Shown here one piece after another: positions 8,791-15,460 of a stretch of 64,000 nucleotides of DNA. The notes under the pieces were generated by a model. That model did no database searches. It saw only the letters and a list, made by a program, of their open reading frames with translations, and was not told the origin of the DNA. The position numbers and the translations under genes are program-made. The first letter of the stretch is position 1, and each line of letters begins with the position of its first letter. The stretch is from contig CAZBWU010000003.1 in NCBI GenBank assembly GCA_964496095.1, forward strand, positions 65,901 through 129,900, written 5' to 3'. This DNA is from an uncultured Gammaproteobacteria bacterium (GTDB taxonomy: Bacteria > Patescibacteriota > Patescibacteriia > Magasanikbacterales > GWA2-37-8).

Positions 8791-9097
8791 CAATTTTATA
8801 TGTCTAGCCAGTACAAAAAAATAGCGACTGAATTTACAGAATTATCTATATATGATATAGTTATTTTGTCTTTGACAATTGAGCCTAACAGCCGCAGCAC
8901 AGGGTGCAATCCCCTGGGTAATAGTTGGAGTATTTTTCTCTACTGCTCTGAATTATTCATCTTATTTTGAATTTATTATGGAAAATAAAAAAACTTTAAA
9001 TTTAAGAAAACTATCCTTTAAAATGAACTTAAAATTAAGTACCAAAATAATTACCGTGGCAGGCCAACTGCTGTAAGGCTAAATTGTTAAGATTAAA

Positions 9098-9129
9098 ATA
9101 AAAGACAGGGTTTTAAACCCTGTCTTTTT
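9098..9129 (-). terminator. rho-independent terminator (bidirectional hairpin)
   Basis: aaaagacagggttttaaaccctgtcttttt, just downstream of the minus-strand gene ending at 9161. Confidence 0.6.
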
Positions 9130-9160
9130 GAATTTTTATATTCAAGCTATATATATAATT

Positions 9161-9508
9161 TTACAGCAAACTTTCAATACTTACATGCTTTGCTTTAAAA
9201 CTATAAGCCTTTTCTTCTGGTATTGCTCTGTTTGCAGCAACTACCCGAAACATGTCTCTTATCTCATTATTTGTGTTAATAAAAGAAACTTCTTTCTTAT
9301 TCCAAGTTTTTCTCTGTAAATCTTCTTTTAAACGAAGCATGGCGTGAGCTGCAGAACGAGAAATAAATTCTACATCCTCAAAATCTAAATTAACCGTTTT
9401 TGAATCGGTTTTTAAAATTAGCTTTTCTAAATTCTCTATTAAATCTCGAGAGCTTATAATAGGGGCTAAAATGCTAATTAATTTTAAGTTTGCAATTGTT
9501 TCTTTCAT
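9161..9508 (-). CDS. STAS-like small protein (DUF4325-type)
   Basis: 115 aa with ...VNLDFEDVEFISRSAAHAML..., the hallmark of the STAS-like DUF4325 family. Immediately downstream of a GHKL ATPase gene. Confidence 0.5.
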   Translation of the reverse strand: MKETIANLKLISILAPIISSRDLIENLEKLILKTDSKTVNLDFEDVEFISRSAAHAMLRLKEDLQRKTWNKKEVSFINTNNEIRDMFRVVAANRAIPEEKAYSFKAKHVSIESLL

Positions 9509-9536
9509 ATGTATTTATTATACCTGACCAATCATT

Positions 9537-10388
9537 TTATTCCAAATATGGACTGATGTCAATAGTACCTTTTGGCTTCATAATTCTATAAGCGATAATA
9601 ACTCCATGCCATGAAAAATCTCCTAATTTTACTATTTTTTCTTCTTTATTATCCGCAATCAAAGCAGATGATCCGGAAATAATCATAAAAGATCCTCCCA
9701 GAGCTTCACAGACCACTCTTTTTGAAGTCCGAACTCCATAACCTCTTTCCTTATCTTTTTTAGTAGAATGTCCATCCATTGCTTGAATTATAGCCTCATC
9801 ATCAGAAATTTTTAGATTCTTCTCGTCAGCATATGTTGCCGCCAAACCTTTTCCTGTATCTACAATACACATATCTAGATACTCTTTATTTGGATAATAC
9901 TGCCCAAAGATATACCCTTTACTCTCTTTACTATGCTCAAAAATATTAGTTACTAACTCACTTATAGGATAATAGATAGCATTTCGTGCACCTAGAGTTG
10001 CCCCTACTACTTTATAAATCATCTGACTAAATAAAGACTCTAGTCTTTCTCTTTCTGCACCTGCTTCACGCCGTAAAACACTAATGGGAACATAGGTTTT
10101 TCCTTGCTGAACTTCTGCTTCCAAATCAGACACACTATTTACACCATCAGGAAATTTTATCGTATTGGCATATGATTTTGTGGCGTGATTTTCGTTATTC
10201 ACTGTACTGTTAGTTTTATGGATATAAGCACTAATTGGAAGAGAAATTAGAGGGCACAAAAATTTAATCTGAGACACGTCAAATTCAATTTTCTCACCCC
10301 ATTCAATACCTTTAAGAGTATTATAAAGTGAAACAAAAGAGCTAATTAATTTATCATTTTTAGGCGCAGGTACTATGATTTTTCTCAT
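9537..10388 (-). CDS. histidine-kinase-like (GHKL) ATPase
   Basis: N-box ...ISELVTNIFEHS..., G1 ...VDTGKG..., G2 ...ERGYGVRT.... No receiver, HisKA or DNA-binding domain. Confidence 0.55.
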   Translation of the reverse strand: MRKIIVPAPKNDKLISSFVSLYNTLKGIEWGEKIEFDVSQIKFLCPLISLPISAYIHKTNSTVNNENHATKSYANTIKFPDGVNSVSDLEAEVQQGKTYVPISVLRREAGAERERLESLFSQMIYKVVGATLGARNAIYYPISELVTNIFEHSKESKGYIFGQYYPNKEYLDMCIVDTGKGLAATYADEKNLKISDDEAIIQAMDGHSTKKDKERGYGVRTSKRVVCEALGGSFMIISGSSALIADNKEEKIVKLGDFSWHGVIIAYRIMKPKGTIDISPYLE

Positions 10389-10490
10389 AAAATAAGGCAG
10401 GTCAAAATTCTAAATAACTTATCAATTTTAAATTTACTACATTTTATTGTACTTAAACAATGATAAAAAAGCAATTTAAAATTTTCTAAA

Positions 10491-10568
10491 CAGGTATCGA
10501 GGCTGTCTGAATATCAAAAATATGGCCATAATAGGCAAGAAGTTTGATCACAAAGTGGGCACAAGTTT
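10491..10568. repeat. island boundary element, copy 2 (shorter)
   Basis: gaggctgtctgaatatcaaaaatatggccataataggcaagaagtttgatcacaaagtgggcacaagtttt aligns with copies at 8717 and 13948. Confidence 0.45.
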
Positions 10569-10589
10569 TAAATTTGTAATCTCAAAATA

Positions 10590-10636
10590 AAAAGATGCAA
10601 ATCACTAACGTGGACTTCACTGGTTCGATCCCAGCC
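10590..10636 (+). tRNA. tRNA 3' fragment (pseudo-tRNA: T-arm, acceptor 3' strand and CCA only)
   Basis: ...cactggTTCGATCccagccctcgaagCCA has a T-loop consensus and terminal CCA, but no complementary 5' acceptor strand (ttcgagg) upstream. Followed by a hairpin and T-run. Confidence 0.35.
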
Positions 10637-10707
10637 CTCGAAGCCAAGATAAAATAAAAAAGCCCTACTTTTGAAAGGCTTTTTTATTTATATATATATT
10701 ATGAACC

Positions 10708-11097
10708 TTATTTTTTATAATGTAAATAAATAAGGCTAGAAATTTTTGTAAGGTTAACGATAATTATGGTGGCTAGCAACCACCAGTCTATATGATGTGT
10801 CACAAAAATCTGATAAATCAATCCGCCAGAAATAAATATTGTCGCTGCTATGGTTGCGACTCGGTTGGAAAGGTTCCGATGCATAACCTCTCTCTCATCC
10901 TCACTTTTTATCTCTCCCGCCAAGGATATTAAAACTGAGTATAAAACCAAAAAAGTGCAGATAGAAATAATTGCCGGCATAGACATTTCATTCATTGGCT
11001 CAAACAGTAAATAACCAGTGACCAGGGCAATGAGTGCCAGAAGTAAAATATAGTAGATCAAAATTTTGAGACGCGGCATAAAAAATAAATTAAACAA
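10708..11097 (-). CDS. small 4-TM membrane protein (partner of upstream XRE regulator)
   Basis: 129 aa with four hydrophobic helices. Directly downstream of a short HTH gene, as in known HTH plus small membrane protein pairs. Confidence 0.4.
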   Translation of the reverse strand: MFNLFFMPRLKILIYYILLLALIALVTGYLLFEPMNEMSMPAIISICTFLVLYSVLISLAGEIKSEDEREVMHRNLSNRVATIAATIFISGGLIYQIFVTHHIDWWLLATIIIVNLTKISSLIYLHYKK

Positions 11098-11293
11098 TTA
11101 ATTAATAGTAAATATTTTTTCCACCGGCAGATCAAAAAATTTAGCTACTTTTAAAGCCAGCCCCAAAGATGGTTCGTAATTGCCTTTTTCCATAGCAATA
11201 ATTGTCTGGCGGGAAACTTTAAGCGCGCTGGCAAATTCTTCCTGCGTAGCGCCTTGAGTTTCCCGCAATTGTTTTATTTTATTTTTAATCATG
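11098..11293 (-). CDS. XRE-family helix-turn-helix transcriptional regulator
   Basis: [61 protein letters not shown] is a canonical Cro/C1-type HTH, 65 aa. The longer ORF upstream of this ATG overlaps the preceding gene. Confidence 0.7.
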
Positions 11294-11296
11294 TAT

Positions 11297-12958
11297 TTAT
11301 CCAAAAGTAAATGTATATACTTCAAGGCCTGGAGCTGGAATCTCAATAATAATTTCATGCGACGTATAACTTGTGGAATCAAATAAAGTATACAGATCCG
11401 AGCCGGAAATAGTGACCGGCTTTTGTTTTTGGCCATCAACCGTAATTTGTACAGTTATCGGTTGTTTGGCCTCAGCTACCATATGGATTTTACCAGCAAA
11501 AAAATTCATTTTTATTTTACCCGCACCTTTACTTAACTGAACAACCTCTGGAGTAAAGTTCCAAGTACCCTGTAGCGCAAAGTGATTGCTCTCCAATTGT
11601 CTTGGTAAGTAGTATTCATTTTCAGATTTATCTGGAGATTGAGACTTAGTTAAATATTCTAATCTGTTAGTACCAAAATAAATTTCTGGAGTGCCAATAT
11701 TTTGATTTGTTTCTACTTCTGCTTTGGTAACTGTTTTATTCATCCCCAAAAGTTCGGCAATGGCATTTTCGGTTTCTTCGTATTTACCTTCGCCAAAATG
11801 ATAATAACGTATATTACCATCACGATCAATAAGATAGTGAGCAGGCCAGTAATTATTATTAAAATTATTCCAGGTGCCAAAGTTATTATCCAAAGCGACT
11901 GGATAATTAATCCCATGTCGTTTAACCGCAGTTTTTACATTATCCAATACTTTTTCAAATTCAAATTCTGGTGTATGTACACCAATAACTACAAAACCCT
12001 GATCTTTGAATTTTTCATACCAGGACGTTACGTACGGTAATGTACGAATACAATTAATACAAGAATATGTCCAAAAATCTACCAGCACCACCTTACCTTT
12101 CAGATCGTTCATTGTCAGATTTTTATCTGTGTTAATCCAAGCTTTAATATTTTTAAAATCAGGCGCCTGCCCATAGTCGGGAAGGTCAACCGCAGTATTT
12201 TTGATATTGGTTTCTTGATTAATTATAGGCAAGACATTTAATTGTGGTTTTATTAATTTTTGTTCGAGCGTCGGGAAGCTGTAGTAATCCAATAGTTTCG
12301 CTTGCAACTTGAGATCATATTGAAAGTACATAGCCACTGCCAATAGCAAAATAATGGCACCAAATATTTTTTGAATACTATTAGCATATTTTGCGACAGA
12401 TCGTACTTTGGTAGTGATAGCTTGTCCCCCATAGGAAATAGCCAACATCGGCACACCGGCACCAACAGCGTAGGCAATGAGCATAGGAATTGCTTGTCCA
12501 AAGTTTGATTGAGTAGCAATAAGAGTAAGGATACTCCCCAAGATTGGCCCAGCACACGGGGTCCAGATAAGACCCAAAATCATACCCAAGACAAAACCAC
12601 CAAAATTTTTATTGCCTGCTTTTTGACTTATATTTTGGGCTTTGGTGGAAAATCCGGATAATCGTTGCGCTAATATTTCAAACAGTTTTGGAAAAAGCAT
12701 AAGCAACCCAAAAATTGCCAAACCAGCCACGGCAATATTGCGCAATAAGTCTGGCGCAATCATTAATTTTTGGACAATAAGAGACAAAGTCAATCCAGCT
12801 ATGGAAAACGTCGTAATAAATCCAAGTGTAATAAAGATTGGCCTGGTTTTACTAGTATGACCAACCGATACCCCCAAAATAATTGGGAGCATCGGCAGGA
12901 TGCAGGGCGCGCCAATTGTGAGCACGCCCGCGAGAAAAGAGAAAATAATTTGCAACAT
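11297..12958 (-). CDS. DipZ-like fusion: CcdA/DsbD-type membrane thiol-disulfide transporter, TlpA/ResA-like thioredoxin domain and a C-terminal domain
   Basis: TM1 ...[10 protein letters not shown]... and TM4 ...[11 protein letters not shown]... are the CcdA cysteines. The periplasmic ...[19 protein letters not shown]... is a thioredoxin CxxC. This is the Mycobacterium DipZ architecture. Confidence 0.7.
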   Translation of the reverse strand: MLQIIFSFLAGVLTIGAPCILPMLPIILGVSVGHTSKTRPIFITLGFITTFSIAGLTLSLIVQKLMIAPDLLRNIAVAGLAIFGLLMLFPKLFEILAQRLSGFSTKAQNISQKAGNKNFGGFVLGMILGLIWTPCAGPILGSILTLIATQSNFGQAIPMLIAYAVGAGVPMLAISYGGQAITTKVRSVAKYANSIQKIFGAIILLLAVAMYFQYDLKLQAKLLDYYSFPTLEQKLIKPQLNVLPIINQETNIKNTAVDLPDYGQAPDFKNIKAWINTDKNLTMNDLKGKVVLVDFWTYSCINCIRTLPYVTSWYEKFKDQGFVVIGVHTPEFEFEKVLDNVKTAVKRHGINYPVALDNNFGTWNNFNNNYWPAHYLIDRDGNIRYYHFGEGKYEETENAIAELLGMNKTVTKAEVETNQNIGTPEIYFGTNRLEYLTKSQSPDKSENEYYLPRQLESNHFALQGTWNFTPEVVQLSKGAGKIKMNFFAGKIHMVAEAKQPITVQITVDGQKQKPVTISGSDLYTLFDSTSYTSHEIIIEIPAPGLEVYTFTFG

Positions 12959-12959
12959 T

Positions 12960-13607
12960 TTATTTTAAATTACTGATTAATTCGGCAATGCCACCACCAT
13001 TCCATCTACTAATTTGGTTGCCGTTAGCATCAACCTGTATAAATGTATGTTGGTAAGTAACCCCATATTTTGTTTTCAGCTCTTTTTCAGTATCGTAGTT
13101 AGTTTTAAGTACCGTTACATTTTTAGGAATTTGACTGGTATGATCCAGAAAGTCTGCATTGGCTTCCTTACAATTCGGACACCATGAAGCCCAAAAGAAT
13201 AACACTGCTTTGCCATCATTTTTGGTGGCTTCAGCGAGTGCCGCAGGAGAGTAGTCCTTATACATTCCCACTGTGTTTGCAGTCATCATTTTTTCCTTTT
13301 CCATAGCCGCTTCTTTTTCGGCCATCATTTTTTCTTCTGGAGTCATTATCTTTTCTTTTTCCATCATCGCCGCTTTTTCTTTGTCCTCCATTTTTTGTTT
13401 TTCCATCGCTACTTGTTCAGATTCCATTTTCTCTTTCTCCATCATGGCGGTCTTTTTCTGCGATTCGGTCATGGCGTCTTCTTTTTTTATCATATTTGCA
13501 GACTGATCAGCCGAATTCTTTGTTTGGTTAGTATTAGCACAACCGGCTCCGGCAATAGCTATTACTCCCAATAACATAGTCACGCCGACGACTAACTTGT
13601 ATTGCAT
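12960..13607 (-). CDS. lipoprotein thioredoxin with N-terminal Met-rich repeat region
   Basis: Lipobox ...AIAGAGC.... About seven M-E-K-E-K-M-type repeats, mirrored by imperfect tandem DNA repeats at about 13290-13450. C-terminal thioredoxin ...VLFFWASWCPNCK.... Confidence 0.6.
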   Translation of the reverse strand: MQYKLVVGVTMLLGVIAIAGAGCANTNQTKNSADQSANMIKKEDAMTESQKKTAMMEKEKMESEQVAMEKQKMEDKEKAAMMEKEKIMTPEEKMMAEKEAAMEKEKMMTANTVGMYKDYSPAALAEATKNDGKAVLFFWASWCPNCKEANADFLDHTSQIPKNVTVLKTNYDTEKELKTKYGVTYQHTFIQVDANGNQISRWNGGGIAELISNLK

Positions 13608-13947
13608 AAGATTTTAAATTATCACCCAATTTAAATAAAGGGCTGATTTATATTAATTTTTTGTCTAGAGCAAAAAATTAAATTTATTTATTACTTAATT
13701 GTAAAGTAATAAAAAAGTAATGTCAAGTCTACTTTACATTGTTTATATCCTTACATGTTGATAACTTTACATCAATACTAATATTAGCTCTATTTTTATA
13801 GCAATTTTTCAGGTATCAAAAAACTCAGCGTGTGTTCCATTGTACAAATCACTAATATATCCAAGTAACTTGCAGAATACTAAAATTAAAAAAGCTTTTC
13901 TTAATGAAGGGTTTTTATAATTAAAAGTTTTAAATAAGTATCTGTAC

Positions 13948-14030
13948 AGGCTGTGGTGACTGTCCGAAGGTGTGAAATATCGCCATAATCCCCTCTTTTT
14001 TTGGTCACAAAATGGTCACAATTTACAAAA
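13948..14030. repeat. island boundary element, copy 3
   Basis: ggctgtggtgactgtccg...aaatatcgccataat...tttttggtcacaaaatggtcacaattt. About 105 bp from the 3' end of tRNA-Asp. Confidence 0.55.
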
Positions 14031-14135
14031 TGTGACCGCCGTACCAAGTTTAAAATAACAAAAGTTGTAGGCTCGATTTCCGCTCTACTAAAACAAAAAA
14101 ACACCATTGTGTAGTGTAATATTTGTTTCTAGCTA

Positions 14136-14212
14136 TGGCGGGTCGGACGGGACTCGAACCCGCAACTTCTGCCGTGACAGGGCAGTGCTCTAACCAGTTG
14201 AACTACCGACCC
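14136..14212 (-). tRNA. tRNA-Asp (GTC), CCA encoded
   Basis: Reverse complement GGGTCGGTAGTTCAACTGGTTAGAGCACTGCCCTGTCACGGCAGAAGTTGCGGGTTCGAGTCCCGTCCGACCCGCCA. Cloverleaf fits with anticodon loop CUGUCAC, and it closely resembles E. coli tRNA-Asp. Confidence 0.9.
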
Positions 14213-14283
14213 AAATTGTCTATTTACAATAAGAAAATTATACAAAAAAACTTGGATTATGTCAACTGGCTGAATTTGTAACA

Positions 14284-14313
14284 TTGACAAAATGAGCGTT
14301 TTAGAAATATACT
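14284..14313 (+). promoter_or_regulatory. sigma70-like promoter (TTGACA-N18-TATACT)
   Basis: ttgacaaaatgagcgttttagaaatatact, 25 nt upstream of the ATG at 14338. Confidence 0.5.
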
Positions 14314-14337
14314 CTAGCATATGAAAGAGTCCCAGCC

Positions 14338-14595
14338 ATGATGAAAAAAGAGGATGCCCGAAAGTGGCTACTGGTCACAGTGAAGCTCGCGGGTGGACCG
14401 TCAAGGTGCACCAAGAGAACAGTACTAAACGGTAAAGTACTGGCAACCATCAAGGGCTTCGCCTACAACAATTTCGGTGACGAACTCACCCTCGAGGAGT
14501 CGACTACATTCGGAAAGCTCCTCAAAATCATAAAGGGAAACATCTCCAGAATGAAGCCCTACAGGGCAGTTATTCTCCAGAAAAAGGAGTCGTAA
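14338..14595 (+). CDS. hypothetical small protein (85 aa), first gene of a GC-rich two-gene cassette
   Basis: G/C-rich codon usage unlike the host genes. Promoter upstream. Its stop overlaps the next start (TAAATG), suggesting coupled translation. Confidence 0.45.
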   Translation: MMKKEDARKWLLVTVKLAGGPSRCTKRTVLNGKVLATIKGFAYNNFGDELTLEESTTFGKLLKIIKGNISRMKPYRAVILQKKES

Positions 14596-14898
14596 ATGCC
14601 AGGCCCAATCTGGATCATGATCCTCGCGATCCCCAACTGCTTCTTCTCGCCACCAGTCAAGATGGATCTGGGAAACCTGACATTCCTGGTCGGTTCCAGA
14701 TTCAACGTGATGGAAGATCACATTGACCCTGTCGGCAACCTGAAGTTCAATCTTTCCTGGTTGCTCAAGGGCCTGGGCAGTGACGCAGAGAAAACACTGC
14801 GCGAACTGCTCGACACCTGGGAAGTGGACATGGATCAAATCACGATCACGATCCCATGGGGATGCTACGAACCAGCGACCCGAGACAAGAACGACTAG
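14596..14898 (+). CDS. hypothetical small protein (100 aa), second gene of the GC-rich cassette
   Basis: Same composition as the first gene. Followed at about 15064 by a strong terminator. A 165 aa antisense ORF (14425..14922) is considered a GC artefact. Confidence 0.45.
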   Translation: MPGPIWIMILAIPNCFFSPPVKMDLGNLTFLVGSRFNVMEDHIDPVGNLKFNLSWLLKGLGSDAEKTLRELLDTWEVDMDQITITIPWGCYEPATRDKND

Positions 14899-15063
14899 AT
14901 CAGAGAGAAGGCCTGACAGCAACGGTGCTCTGCAGAGGAGGTCAACCTCAAGACAAGGGACATCAACCTCGTTCGCAACACCTGATTTGTTTCTAAAAAA
15001 TTGGAAGCAGATCAGGAGGGCGACCGCGAACGAGATTTGTTTGTTCCTAAACTTTCTTAAAAT

Positions 15064-15098
15064 AAAAACCCCGCTCTATAAAGCGGGGTTTTTATTTT
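15064..15098. terminator. bidirectional rho-independent terminator
   Basis: aaaaaccccgctctataaagcggggtttttatttt lies between the convergent GC-rich cassette and the 15108..15437 gene. Confidence 0.7.
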
Positions 15099-15107
15099 AT
15101 AAATTTT

Positions 15108-15437
15108 CTACTTAAGACTACTAGTCACCTGATCCTCCAACTGTTGCGCATCTTCCGCATACTGCCAATTACCCATCATTCCTCCCCTGTACCCAGCATC
15201 ATAAGTATCTCCGCGATACATCATCATTTGGTGTGGATAATTTCTTCCATGACCATACCCGAAACCACCAAGATAAGCTCTTAACATTCCGAGCTTGTAA
15301 CCCATGCAAAAAACTATCATAAGTACCACCGCGCCCAGAAGCCAACAAAGCCAAGATTTATGACCCCAAACCATGCTATGTCCTCCACAACAACTTCCAC
15401 CTTCTTTACTACCGTTTCCCATTTTGTCGTCGCACAT
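15108..15437 (-). CDS. small Gly/Cys/His/Met-rich membrane protein, hypothetical
   Basis: N-terminus ...GGSCCGGHSMVWGH..., one TM, then a tail rich in G, Y, M and H. Downstream of ppsA on the same strand. Confidence 0.4.
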   Translation of the reverse strand: MCDDKMGNGSKEGGSCCGGHSMVWGHKSWLCWLLGAVVLMIVFCMGYKLGMLRAYLGGFGYGHGRNYPHQMMMYRGDTYDAGYRGGMMGNWQYAEDAQQLEDQVTSSLK

Positions 15438-15460
15438 ATGCTTCTAAGTTAGTTAGTTAA

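Noticed and set aside
8773-9076. ORFs 8773..8970(+) and 8879..9076(+)
   Set aside because: They begin inside boundary-element copy 1 and are AT-rich. They lack an SD and end in the terminator hairpin. A 32-codon MENKK... micro-ORF at about 8978 cannot be supported.
11702-12040. 112 aa plus-strand ORF inside dipZ-like gene
   Set aside because: It is antisense to a well-supported CcdA-thioredoxin coding region. The Phe/Ile-rich translation is typical of AT-rich antisense frames.
13290-13450. Tandem 18-24 bp DNA repeats that could look like a CRISPR or VNTR array
   Set aside because: They are inside a coding region and encode the Met-rich MEKEKM repeats of the thioredoxin lipoprotein. There are no unique spacers, so this is not CRISPR. 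No CRISPR array was seen elsewhere in the window.
14425-14922. 165 aa minus-strand ORF spanning both genes of the GC-rich cassette
   Set aside because: The promoter (14284..14313) and terminator (15064..15098) orient the unit on the plus strand, and the two plus-strand ORFs are translationally coupled. The antisense ORF is probably a GC artefact, though this should be confirmed by codon-periodicity analysis.
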